A stretch of DNA of 64,000 bases, from NCBI GenBank assembly GCA_013265495.1, contig MU058059.1, positions 186,001 through 250,000 of the forward strand. Reading direction: 5' to 3'. Shown here piece after piece: positions 1 to 12,759 of the stretch; within the stretch, counting starts at the first letter, position 1; each line of letters begins with the position of its first letter. This stretch comes from Vicugna vicugna. Lineage: Eukaryota. Both the position numbers and the translations under genes were made by a program. The notes beneath the pieces were generated by a model that did not search any database, had not been told where the DNA came from, and was given only the letters and a program-made list of their open reading frames with translations.

Positions 1-3000
1 CTCTTCACTGCGGGGGTGGGGGGGTAATGTCTCTAATGGAGGAGGTGGAGGCTAGTTCTCTGTCTGTCTGTCTTTGTGTCTGTCTAATGGAAGAGCAGGA
101 GGCGGTACGTTCCCACTCACCTCAGGATGACAATATGCTGTGAGAGCTGCGGCACTGGGAGCGCCAGTACACACCGTTCAGGGAGGAGATGGCGAAGGCA
201 GAGGTCACCTGGCACCGTCAGGCTCCACAGGAGGGGACACACTGGAACAGCCAACACTGAATCTGGTTTCCTGTTTCAATTTATTACGTTCTTTAAAGAA
301 CTTATTTGGCATTTTCTACTTAAACGTACACATGTGGGGACAAGCGTCGGTGTGTGTACACGTCGATGTGAAACTGTATACTTAGTAAAACTCATGAGTT
401 TCTCTCCCCCTTCAGCATTTATCTCCATGCAGCTGATGTGAGGTTTCTGGTCTTAGTATGTCTCACAACTTTTCTAAGCATTTTACACAACCTTACTCTA
501 ACCTGGAAGTGCACAATTACAGGTCGGGCTATAGGAGATACTCTAATTCCTGGCCCTCGTCATCTCTGAGATGCTACACACAGACGTTCTCTCTCTCGCT
601 CTGACTCGCGCGCTGGCTCTGCTCCTCAGGAACACACGGATCGCTTGTCTGTGGATTAAGCAGCAGCACCGAAAGGTCTCTCTCCATTTTAGGACTGGGA
701 GGGAAAGTTGTGGTTGAGGCTGGAGCTGCAGCTGGTGGAGCCCCGACCTCAGGTCCTGGTGGCTCCCCTGACGAGGCCTGGCCAACAGGAAGCAACCTCG
801 TGGGGCAGGACCCCAGGATCCGTGACTTGGATCCAGTGAGCGTCACCCCCGGCCGTGCCAGCGCGAGGGCTCTTACTAGGAACGTGCTGCCGTGGTTACT
901 AAGCAGGGAAAGTAACGCGCCCAGTCCCCTCCGTCTCTAAATGCTTGTGTCCAACCGACACGGCCATTCCCTCTCAGGGATCCTTGGCCAAAGTCGCTCT
1001 TGGCCACGGCTGCCTAGAGGGGCCAGGGAAGTGCAGACACACCCCGTGAGGGAGCACCGCCGCCTGCCGCCCTCTGAGAGCTGCCCGGGGGGGACTAGTA
1101 ATCACACCGCCTCCTTTTCCTTGTAGAGTATCACCGCATCTCATCAGAGGGTGCCCAGGGGACACCTGGAGATGGGGACAGCTTCCAAGGAGCATGGACT
1201 TGACCTTGGGCTGCCCTGTCCAAGACCCAGATGGCTGATCAACGAGACAACAATCCAGGAGAGAAACAGAAATTGAGAACTGGGCAGGCAGCGCTATCGG
1301 GTCGCCAACATACTGGGACAGGCGGAGAGCGTAAGACAGGGGTACCAGGCGACTCAGGGACGAGCATCAACCCGCCCGCCCGCCCGGCACACACACCTCT
1401 TGTCCACTGACCAAGCACCAAGTCCAGTTCTACGTTCTGGGGATTCAGCAGGAAATAAGACTGGAGGCTGAACAACAGTGATTTAAGGACACCTGAGCCT
1501 GGAGTGTCTGCACAGGTCGCGTCTGATACCTGTGGGATCTCAGCCAGGTGAGTGTCCTACCAACATGGAGAGGGCTGTTCCGGGCGGTAAAGGATTGACA
1601 CACGTCACGGTTCTCTGACTCCACAGCCCCTTTCCACTTTTCTTTTGGACTGCCATTCTCAACGGAACAAATATCAAATTAAATGTTCCCTGAGTACAGA
1701 TCTCTACTTTCTAAGGTCGACATTTTGCACCCGAGTCCTATGTACTGCTAAGATTACAAATTTAAAAAAAAGTATTAATAAAACCATAGATAGAGGACCC
1801 TTCTTAGATTTTTCCCATGACCCTCAAGGAATCACTCCAACTGACATTTTACGTTGCTGAGGAAATCTATCAAGTATTTTAAGAAAATGGTTACTTTGAT
1901 CTGAAACAATCTCTTGCTATGATACTGAGAGTCTTATCTCTACAACAGCCGAATACACAAGATGAGGGGGTCTAAATCTGCTTCCTCGGGGTGTGAAAAC
2001 GGCGCCTGCTCTTTTCTGACTTTTGATGTCGACAGCATTGTTGAAATGTGCTGTCAGGTGTGTGTGGTCACCCACGTGCTTACCTTTGTAAAAGACAAAG
2101 GGGGTCCCAAGTCGATTCCTCTCGACCTCGGCCATCCCTTCACACACACCAGTTAGGTTAAGTTGTCCTTAGTTTAAGAAGTGCTAGAAAAAGGCTTTGT
2201 AAAACCATTTAAAGCCATTCCAGGTCCAAACCATTAGTAGTCTTTTGAATTAAAGACTCACACAAGTGTTCCTCGCTCTTTCACCGTGAGGCTCAGAGCC
2301 TCACACGTCATTCTGCACCGAAAGGAAAAAGGATGAGAAAGCGCTGCCTCAAGAAAAGCACGAGACCACATTCTTCTTGTCTCGTTTAGACTTGCTTTTT
2401 GCACTTTTCAGGGCAGACTACGGAAACCTCAGAATATACTGGGTAATAAATACACAGGGGTTGGGTGTTACTGGAGGATTAAAGATGTCCCAAAGGATAA
2501 CAGTTACGAGCATAGGATTCCTGAGTCTACGGAGCTCTGGTTCTCAGCAGTCATCTCTGGTTCCACAGCTGAGAAGCAGCACCTGTACTCTGAGCTGGAC
2601 AGTTGGCCACTCAGTAGCGGCCACTACGGAGAGACTTTCTAGGCTACAGTAGAAACTCAGTGAGACGACCTCTCCGAAAGGGGGCACCAAAACCTTCGCC
2701 CGGTCTTAGCCCTGGAATAGCTCCCCAAAGAAACGTACCCGTTGGCATTGGGTCCTGTAAGTCAGTCTGAGGGTTTGGTTATTTCCCAAGGTTCAGGTGC
2801 TAACTGTTGTTATTACAATACGGATTCTAGGGAGGTTGGCTCAGCCCCACGTGAGACAGCCCCAGCCGGGCACAGGTCGAGAGCATCCGTGGGGGGACAG
2901 CCAGCCGCCCGCTCCCCGGAGCCCCCCTGCATCTGGGGCAGCCACGGTGCTGCTCTGGGGTCTGATGTCAGGCAAACTGCACCCCCGCAGCCAAGCAGGG

Positions 3001-3079
3001 CTGGATAATCAGAGCTGGCGTGCTTTTTTGGGGAAAGGTAAGAAGAACTTGGAATTTTTTACTAGGTACTGATTACATG

Positions 3080-3210
3080 ATTTGTCTGAGTCTCAGTTTC
3101 CCTATTTAAAAATCAGAATCACAATGTACTGTACTAAGGTTAAAAGAAATGGCATATTTAACCACGTGCCCAGGTTCCGCAGCACAGTAAGTATCCCAAA
3201 AAAGCTAGTT
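3080..3210 (+). mobile_element. MIR SINE fragment
   Basis: Core tctgagtctcagtttccctatttaaaaat and 3' gcacagtaagta. Confidence 0.65.
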
Positions 3211-4345
3211 CCCTCCCGTCTCCACAGCAGGAGGCGAGTTCTACGCTTCTTGTCCACAGACCCACTCGCTGTGTGAAGTTTTCATTTGTTTGAGGTCAAT
3301 TTAGAATATAGTTCTTACAGAAACAGAAGACGTAGCAAAATAGAAGATGAAACATACCTCTCTCTGTGGAGACCTGGGCAGAGCTTGAGGAATCAGGGAC
3401 CTTGAATCCGATTCACTTCTCTTAGAGCTGGAATCTACAACTATTCTCTGTGGCACCTTCCTGATGGTTTTGCTTAAATAGCTTATGATGGCGACGCCTT
3501 CCCTAAATGGCCCTTGGGAAGCCAATCAGTTTCAGTCTCATCTATTTCAATAAAAATGAAAATGAAAAAAAAAGACATATCAAACTGGAGAAGAATAAAA
3601 TGTGTGTCTTTCCTAGAAACAGCTGTAAAGCAGACCCAAATAGAAAAATCTAGAAATAAACCCAAGGCTGCTGGGAAGATTCTAAAAATTCAGCTCGTCC
3701 TTTCCCTGATGAGGTGCTGTTTGTGCCAAGACTATCTGAGGCATATGAATTTTTGATCACCAAAGGTCAAAGCATAGAAATACACAGGGACCCATCCCTC
3801 TGAGTATCTCTCACACAGAGCTAGCTAGTACTTTCATCTGGGGGCCTACGCAAGGTGTATTTTTAAAGAAAAATAAAAGCACATGAGAAATCATAAAATT
3901 AACATTTGAGAAGGGCACTGCCTTGATCTGTTCCATGAGATGTCAGTCTTGTAACTTGCTTGTGGACTTCAACTGGCAGCAGATAAACAACCATCAGACC
4001 TTGGACAGGTTTCAAAATGCAGGGACCAAGCGCACGACGTGTTGAAGTGACGCTTTGTATCAAACTAAACAGGAACGTTCAGGAGACTAACGTGTTCACA
4101 GAGGTGAAATGTGTTACCTTTTATCCCCATCTCTCCAAGTAGCCCCACAGTGATGCGCGGCAGGGAATGAGCTGTTGCTGGTGCTGATTTCCAGGTTACT
4201 GAAGTTCAGCTTGTAAGCACTGAACTGTTATCACTGGAAGCATTTGTGATGCAGAGTTTTCATAAATGCATCCTGCATTTCCCTGCCTTGTGAGTTAGAT
4301 GTGCCATCTAACCTCCTCTTGATGACTCAGCTGTGAATGAACAAA

Positions 4346-4540
4346 TAGTTATAGAATTTTAGAGGACGGAAGGAACTCAGAAGTGATTCCATGCCCCAAG
4401 TCCATCCCCATAGGTGGGTATCTGAACTTCAGAGATACTGAGTGACCTGCTAATTAACGGCCACGTAGGCAGGTATTACAGGAGCTCACCCTCAAGTCTA
4501 GGTTTCCTGATTCCAAATTTCAGTGCTGTTTCTCTGGCCT
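4346..4540 (-). mobile_element. MIR (MIR3/MIRc-like) fragment
   Basis: atagaattttagag...gaaggaactcag...agtgacctgc...ggtttcctgattccaaatttcagtgct matches reverse-strand MIR. Confidence 0.6.
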
Positions 4541-4589
4541 GCCATATTCTACCCTTAGATTTACGTACCCCTCACTCTCACCTACTTCA

Positions 4590-4856
4590 CGGTTTGTCCT
4601 CAATTGTCACCCCTTTTAGTAGGGTCCTCCCTGATGGCTGTGTTTACATTTGCAACCCTCCCTCTGTTGCCTGGCCTTATCTTCACCTTCTCTGATTTAT
4701 TTTTTGTCTACAGCTGTCACCTTGTCTTTCTCCTCCCACTAGAATAAGAACGCCGTAAAGAAAAGATGTTTGTCTGTTTTGTTCATGACTGTATTCTAGT
4801 GCTAAAACAGTGCCTGCCCAGTGACAGCTGCTCAGTGAATATTTGTTGAGTAAATC
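4590..4856 (+). mobile_element. L2 LINE 3' end
   Basis: cccactagaataag...tgtctgttttgttca...aacagtgcctg...gctcagtgaatatttgttgagtaaat, the typical L2a terminus. Confidence 0.8.
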
Positions 4857-5892
4857 ACTCCTTTGAATGATGAAAACTTCACAGAAGTTTGATATCTGAG
4901 TAAGTCTGGTGTTGTAATATTCAATAATTTGGAGTTTGTCAAATAATTATTTGTGAAAACCCTAGGGGTTGCTGGGTAGTTTAAAGAGTAATTTTCAAGA
5001 AGGAACATAAAAGAGCTTTGTAACAGTGAATTTCAAAGGAAGATGGGTCTTTAAGGATTCTTTCTAAAAACAATGCAAAATATAATGAATGTTACGACGT
5101 TCTTTGTAGTTTTATTGTAGGGGATGACTGGAAGGAACTTAACCCTTTAACAGTAAGGAAATAAGTCCACCGCTGACTAGAAAAGGGTGCTTCTAAAGAC
5201 CACAGAGCAACTTAAAAAAACCTTACAAAATAATGTTCAATTCTTTACGTATTAGAAACCACATGTGGTGACTGCAGCCATGTAAAAATACGCCCGTGGA
5301 CAAACGTGAAAGTGACGTTATGAGTAATAAGCGAAATAATTTCTTTTCTCTATTTTCACAGCTAATACTTTATATTATAACTAATAGAATAATGATGGGG
5401 CCTGAGTGACAGCAGTTCCTAAGGTAATTAAGGAAAAGTTGGTTTACAAGGAAGGCAATTACTATAGTTTCAGACTGACATTTGAAAGGGATTTCCCAAA
5501 CTGTGTCTACAGAATTTTCCAGATAACACAGTAAGAGCTGTGTCACCCACACATGAAAGGGATGTGAAGTTAAGTAAGATTTTACCCCTGTTGGAGGTTC
5601 ACGATACAACTGTTCCTTAAAGGCTCTGAAAATTTCTGTAGTAAAACAAATGATTCAGTTATACTTAATTTTCCCCTAAATTGACAATGTCACCTTTTGC
5701 TGGTCTACCTGCGGACGTCCTGGGAAGGACCACTGTTTTGCAGAGCACATTCAGCACATGAGTTCCTTGGTTTCTCTCCAGTGGAAGTTTCAAACGTAAG
5801 ACAAAATGTAAGAAATCAGAAAAACAAATACAAGGTAGAGTAGTTGGGTCCAGGCTGCTTTCTAAGACTGGCCATACATCTAAGTGTTGGAG

Positions 5893-5926
5893 TCAGAAGG
5901 CAAAGAGAAAACTTTCCTCTTTCCCT
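5893..5926 (-). CDS. Possible terminal coding exon following exon C: (R)GKEESFLFAF*
   Basis: Acceptor of a T-run plus CAG at 5927; phase-2 entry reaches TGA at 5893-5895; minus-strand AATAAA at 5111-5116. Speculative. Confidence 0.15.
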
Positions 5927-6280
5927 CTGAAAAAAAAAAAAAGCAGCCAAATGAAAGTCTGTCCACAGATGCCTCGTACAGCAGGGCTGAGTCAGTGCCA
6001 GAGGCAAACGACCACACCACACCGCTGGGAATGAGCTGCTCAGAACCAGTCTTAGAGATTACAGAACAGAACGAGGAGCTGCCAGGAAGGTTCCAGAACC
6101 CGTGTGCCCCCTCATAGTCTGCACTGATCATGATGACAGCAGTATTAATTTTCTTAGGGGCTGTTCTCAGTAAGCCCCTTCCTCCCTTTCTCACCCACCA
6201 CCCCCATATGTTCACGACAGCAACTTTAGGGTCACCTTTGTAACCACAGTGGCTGGGACTTCATGGAATTAACAGAAAAA

Positions 6281-6332
6281 GTGAATGAATGAGTGTTGTG
6301 TGCCCTGTGAATGAATGAGTGTTGTGTGCCCT
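6281..6332. repeat. Perfect 26-bp tandem duplication (gtgaatgaatgagtgttgtgtgccct x2)
   Basis: Directly visible; copies at 6281-6306 and 6307-6332. Confidence 0.95.
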
Positions 6333-7360
6333 ACAGAATACTAAACCAGGTGAACTCAAATCTTTTTTTTCAATTGTAGCTCTTTAATAAAGCGGTCCTT
6401 AACCAGATTTCCATATTTTAGATTAGAAAGTACTAGAATAATAGTTCTTAAGCTTTCCCTGATTTCTGCTCTGCTCATTAGTTTAAAATTCATATTTATT
6501 TTGTTAAAAAAGAATAGCTCGGCAAGGGAATAAAAAATAAATGTAGAGTGTATGCATCTTCTATACTTGTACCAAAATATTTTTATCCAGTGACATTTTT
6601 TCCCTAATAAGTTGGGTGAAAAATGGTATCTTATTTTGCACTTCTCAGCTTACTGCTTAAGCTCAGCAAGTTTAGTTTCTATAATACTCAGCACTGTATT
6701 ATGTTCAGTTAATATATTTTTAATCATCATTAAAAATACAAAAACCACATAATCGCTATAAATTATCTAGCCCTGTTGCCTTGTTGTAAGCGAACCTGAA
6801 CCTTCAAACTATTCACAAATACACAGCTACCTCCTCACGTGGCTCCTGCAAGATCTCTAGCACCCCAGGTTTTACAGCCTTCCTCAGGCGGAGGCTGCCG
6901 TCCTTCAGCGCCTTGTGGCACAGCTGGGTGCCTTCCTGGACGAACAGTTCCGACTTCAAGGAAACGTCAGTTCCTCCACTTCCCCAGGGACCCCTCCCTC
7001 ACTCCGGTTACCGTCTTGTGGGCAGACGCTGCGTGCTTATTTCAGCCTCTGTGCCGAGCACGGTGTTCCGTACATTGGGAACAGATAGAATTGTAATAGG
7101 TTTAGCAATCCAGGCATAGTGAAAACTTTCACACGCTGGCAACCACAATCTCTCCCTAATTCTGCCGTCAGCTGGGGACGAAGACAGTCTTCCTGTGCTA
7201 TTAAGTAGCGAGATCATAATCACAAATCGAAGCGACTGTTAGGATCAAACAGTGAAAAGTTATCAACTGAATTAACTGACGATTACAGCACGTAAAAGTC
7301 TGTCTCTTTTTATAAGCAAAACTGAATGGTGTAGACAGTGCTTGGGTGTAAGAGCATAAA

Positions 7361-7721
7361 GGAATCTGTTAATCCCAAACTCCTAATTTATCCCTCCCCT
7401 GCCCTTTCCCCTTTGGTAACCATCATTTGTTTTCTATGTCTGTGAGGCTGTTTTTGGTTTGTAAGTAGAATTTGTATCTTTTTTTTCCCAAGGTTACAGA
7501 TGTAAGTGATTAGCAGATACACATTACTATATATAAAGTAGTTAAACAACAGGGACCTACCGGACAGCACAGGGAACTATATTGCATTTTTTGTAATAAC
7601 AATGAAAAAGAATCTGAAAAGAAAATGAATATATATAACTGAATCGCTTTACTGTACACCTCAAACTAACATTGTAAATTAACTACACTTCAGTAAAAAA
7701 TAAAATTAAAAAAAATTAAAG
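7361..7721 (+). mobile_element. 5'-truncated, 5'-inverted L1 3'UTR insertion (twin priming) with TSD
   Basis: About 7364-7510 is antisense L1 3'UTR; about 7511-7720 is sense 3'UTR with A-tail; TSD aagagcataaa at 7350-7360 and 7722-7732. Confidence 0.85.
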
Positions 7722-8269
7722 AAGAGCATAAATGGAGACGTAAAGGTATTAGTTAAAATATTCTAAACACGCACGCACGCACCCTGAATGGTAGTCAGAT
7801 GGTATCATGCTGGATATTTTTTTGAACTAATAATGTTGTAGAAAAGGGATTGTTACGGTCAGAAAATTATTACAAAAGCAGAAACTTACAGTTCTTAATT
7901 TTTGAAACTATAGTTGTCCAAAACAATTCTCTAATTTTTTAGAAGTGGGTTTAATTAGAATAAAAGGTCACTGATAAGGAGAACGCAGATTCCCATTGCA
8001 CTAACTTCACGTTTAGACTCTGAAGCCTTGCTTCCTGTTTATGTGCAGTCAAGGTAACTTGTTAACTGCCAAGTGTGGAAAAAAATTTCAGTCTGTATCA
8101 CTCGTTCTTCACTGATTTGTGGAAAATTACTGAGATAGTGTCAGGAAAATTTGTTTTAAGTGCTTGAGATATTTTTACAGAACCCTATTTCACTTTAGCT
8201 CAACAAATAATATAACCTGAAGTTCTTCCAGCCTCCTTCACTCATGAGCAACCTTCCTGAATGTCACAG

Positions 8270-8420
8270 TCACGTGTGGAAAAGCTTCAACTGAGAGGTC
8301 AGGAGACTGCATTCAGATCTGGGCTCTGACCCACAGCATCCACGTGACAGTGGGCAATTCTTGTGATTCTTTTTCTGAACTTTCTGAACTTACTGAGCAA
8401 AAGAAGGGATTTATCTAGCT
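8270..8420 (+). mobile_element. MIR fragment
   Basis: gtggaaaagc...gaggtcaggagact...ggctctgac...gtgacagtgggcaa resembles the MIR tRNA-like head. Confidence 0.55.
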
Positions 8421-9607
8421 TGAAGCACACCATCTCAATTTCCTTGATTTATCTTCTAACACTGAAAAAACACCCAGAGGTTCCACACAAAGACAAGGAT
8501 ATCAAGTGCTTCTTGAAATCCTGTGTGATCCAGCGACGCGGGTCCATCAGTCCTGCGTCTCAGCTGCCAGCTGGAGCTGAGGCGTAACTGTCCACCGGGG
8601 TCACAGACTCCCCAGGTCACCTAGCTTCACGTGGCCTTTTTTTTTTTTTTTGCACTGTATACCCTACATTCATTTGAAGGTTCAACCAAAGGCTGGAGGA
8701 AAGTCTTTAGGGCCTCCATGTTCTAAAAACGCCCAAGGTTGAGGTCCCACAGGAATTTCAGGTGAGGCACCAGTGAAGACTCATGACTGATGGATCCCGA
8801 TCAGCTCAGCATCCTCATGTCTCCCCATCTCTCCCAGAGACCCACCTAAAGGCTTCGCTGGACAGCATCTGCCTCCCGCCTCCCCAGATGCCTCACAGGT
8901 TCCCCTTTGATTTCATTTTTGTTCTTCGCCTTCCTGGTGGACTTGGTATGCCTGTAGTTTTTTTTTTTTCTTTACAAGGATGCTTTCCTAACAAGCACAG
9001 AGTCTGGGTTCCTCTCGGCGCCCGCATGCAGCTGGGGACCAGTGCTGTCCAAGTCCCCAGCCCGCTGCTAAGGGGGCCCCACGGGGAGGCACTACTGTGC
9101 AGGGGGGTTTGGAGCCCGTCCCTGGGACTCCTTTTATGAAACTCCATTTTACATAAATGACACAGAGGTCCAGAAAAACTGACTGAAAAAAGGATTAGAA
9201 AAAATCTTGACAAGAGGCAAAAGGAAAACTTGAGCACTGAAAGCAGGATGACAGCTTCAAAGCAGGTGAAAAGTCAGGTAAATGAAGGAACAGGATGTGT
9301 GGGTAAGAATGCAGGAAGGAGGGCTGGGAGTCAAGAAATCTGCGCCAACTGATAACAGTGCCTTTATACCCACTTGAAGAAGTTTATGTTATGTTTACTA
9401 GGTATTAATAGAGACCTGTAAAATTCTCATCAGTTTTTATCACTTCAATAAGGAAAAGTGACTTAAAACATCAGTTGCCAGAAAGAAATGGCCTTAATAT
9501 ATTTGAGATGGAACAAGAAGGAGCACCACGTGTCTATTAGCAAGTCAAGCTCCCACTCAAGGAGTTTTTAGCATGATCGCAGAAATACGTACTTGAATAA
9601 CATATAC

Positions 9608-9820
9608 CTGTTATTTTTTAGTAACTGGCTACAGGGCCATTTAATATTTTCTAGTCTCAGATTTTGAAGTATGTTGGCTCTTGGAAGCCAGTTTTTAACC
9701 CCAACGTCTATGAACAGGAATTCTGCTCCATGCTCCACCGTTACATCCACTGTGCCACCCTCACTCACTCGGGATTCTGAAATACCCCGTATCACCAAAT
9801 AGCCACCCTTAGAGTTGTTC
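9608..9820 (-). CDS. Candidate internal coding exon C (phase 2->2): (R)NNSKGGYLVIRGISESRVSEGGTVDVTVEHGAEFLFIDVGVKNWLPRANILQNLRLENIKWPCSQLLKNN(R)
   Basis: Acceptor gatgtcgtag|G (moderate) and donor AACAG|gtatat; 213 nt open frame inside ORF 9568..9849; composition resembles a globular beta-rich protein. Confidence 0.5.
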
Positions 9821-12502
9821 CTACGACATCCATAAGGTAATTGGAACAAGACTATTTCTGTTCTCTGTATAAATTTCTCATAGCTGTCTTACTCGACTGG
9901 ATAAAAATTTACTTCCTTTACAACTACAGAGATGAGAATACTTGTTAAATTACAGGTTACATGGTATCTGAGTCAGTGTTAAGGAATCTGAAATGTCAGT
10001 AAGTGAAAGAAGATAAGTCAAATGCTCTGTTCCGAGGGCGTTTCATAGTTTATGCTAGTGATGAAAAAAAAGAATTAAAAATTTCCAGGGATGGAAAGAC
10101 ACAAAAATTGATCATGCACGCCACAGAAAATAATAGATATCTGAGGGGAGAGAACAAACCTTTACCTCACCAGGTTCTCGGCCATAGGAATGTTCTTGAA
10201 ATAAATCCTTTGAGCTGAGAACAACAGGAAATTGCCACTTACCTACTTAAAAAGCTTTCTTTCTGCCACAGAGCCACCTACTCACTTAACACTGTATCAG
10301 TTACTAATGGTTTCTGGCAAACGATTTTGTCTTAATCACCAAGGGATCACCTCTTTCCAAATCCATCCCAGTCCACGTGCTAATCTGATTCTAAAGCGCT
10401 GCACTCAGTTTTATCCTGCTGTGAAAATTCCTAAGCACACGGTCAAACGTCAGTGTTTACAACTCATGTCCACTTATTGGACACACTGCCAGGCAAGCCC
10501 GAAAGTGTCATTAATACGTCCTTTGGGGAAGGTTATTTTTTAGTTACGGAAAAACAGGCCAAACACCTTTAACCATCATTGTTTTCGAAGACAGCTTTGA
10601 AAGATTTGTATTAAGCCGATCAGCTACTATCGTACAAACCCAGTCCCTGATGTGAGGTGATGCAAGAAGGAACGCAGCTGGCCCCCCATGGAGGCATCTT
10701 TTAAAAGCAGATGTGTTAAAAGCCAGAGCAGGTGTGAGAAGAACTTGAGAATCAGCCTTGGTGGAAAAGCACTGCATCTCAAGACGCAGCAGGTGGGAAG
10801 GGTCCCAGGAGAGACACTCAGTCCTGACGTGATTCCAGAGACACCTGCTGTAGGGGCCGCTCCCCCAGACCTGACAGCCCATTTAACTTGAGTAGAATCT
10901 CTCTCGCTTCCCTATCAGCATTTCTCTCTCAAGAACCCACAGAGAGGGCAGGAGGACGTGATGTCATCTCAGATTCTTCACCAAAAAAGAAACTCTGGAG
11001 AGCGCTTTGTAACGCAGAGAACGCAGACTGAACTTACTTTGTAACTGGAGGGGGAAAGACGTGACTGTCACATCTGTCAGTTAGCTTTTGCTTCTTTTGG
11101 CGACAAAAATGGCCAGCTGTGGATATATAATTAAGCAATGTAGGCGTAACTCGCCATAGGAAACCACAGTTACAAAGAAGCGAATTAATCCACTAACAGC
11201 AAGAGACTTGATGGCACATTTTAAGAACACTAAGTATGGTTTAGACGTGTATTAACTCTAACTCACGAGGCACTCGGTTGATCCAGCTGCCTCACGCCTG
11301 GTAAACACACCTCGTACACGGCGCTGAGGTCGGGGACGTAGCACGCTCCTTGGGCCTGGAGTCGTTATCGAGGACTTGCTGCTTTCTCTGTCCTCCCTTA
11401 GCTCCTGGTGTTTATTCGCCTGTGCTCACCAGCCCCGCTAGGGAGGCCAGTCTGGTTACGAGCTGATGCCAAGGTGCCCTGCTTGGGCTCCGACTATGTG
11501 CTTGCTTACCACTTGGATTTCTGGACACTCAAGTACTTGTGACTTATTTATTTATTTTAAGGAATGGTTTTGAGCCATTCTTTCAGCCAGTGTTGATAAC
11601 TTTGAGGAGCTTATTTTCATAGAGACTCACATAAACACACCCCCTTAAAGGCATATGTACAGGCCTGCCTTCTACAGGGCTTATGAATAACTCCGTTCCC
11701 ATTTCACAGCTGATAGCAGAAGCCTGGAAGAGCAGTAGCAGAAGAGAAGGAATGAAAAAGCCTGCAGACAGTTCTGTTCTAATTTTTATCTCCATTTCAC
11801 ATCTTGTTTTATAAATTTTCATCTTCTCATTCTCTTTAATAAGCTCTAACTAGACAAAAATTGAGTATGAAAAGAGATGGAAGGAGTAATGAAGGGTCTA
11901 GGTAGTTTGCAAATAGTAACTAACATTGACCCACTAACCGAACACAACATAGAAAATGGTTGTGCAATGCTAGGTACTTCTTCCTCCTGGTAATGTATTC
12001 CCCCACCTTTTCCCTTCCCACCAACAGGCGCGTTACTAGACACTGTTCCATGGTGAGTCTTCTAACTTCTTAGAGTACGACCCTTCAAATGTAGAATGGT
12101 GATGGGGATAACTCCATCTAGTGTATTGATCTGTTGAGACGATTCTAGACTATACAAAAGAAGCGATGACAGAACAGTAAGAACCAGTATTCTTAACCTC
12201 TGTGCTGCCTTGCATGCACTTAAAACTGCAGCTCCCATAGAATTTACAGGATTAGACGCAAACCCTCTTTGTACAATGTTGCAAATGTTATTTATAAATA
12301 TTTAAGATATACTGCTTTTGTGTCAGTTCCATATATTTACATGTTGAGGATCTAATAAAAATTTGGAAAAAAGCCTTCCTCCATGCTAGCTCCTTTCCCT
12401 TGAGCTAGAGAAGAGCTCTGCACTCCAGGACTCCCACCTGGGGCAAATGAGTACCCACTCCTGTTTTCTAAAGACATTTAAAATAGTACGCCTTTCCGAA
12501 CA

Positions 12503-12740
12503 GAGCATAGTGGTTAAGAGTTGAGACTCTCTGGGCTCAAACCACACGTTTACCACTAGCCAGCTGTGTGTCCTTGGGCAGGTTCCTTAATCTCCGTGTG
12601 CCTCAGTTTCCTCATCTACCAAATGGGGATGATGATATTATCTCGTATGTAGTCGTGAGGATTACATAAGGTAGTATAAGAGCTTAGATCGGTATGCCAG
12701 TAAACACACACTATCGGCTATTAGGATTGTAGTCATTATA
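12503..12740 (+). mobile_element. MIR SINE, near full length
   Basis: gcatagtggttaagag...ctgtgtgtccttgggcaggttccttaatctccgtgtgcctcagtttcctcatct. Confidence 0.9.
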
Positions 12741-12759
12741 AAGCATAATTGGATTTTAG

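Noticed and set aside
10243..10430. Strong minus-strand donors TAG|gtaagt and TAA|gtgagt
   Set aside because: Every upstream frame contains stops; at most a non-coding or cryptic exon.
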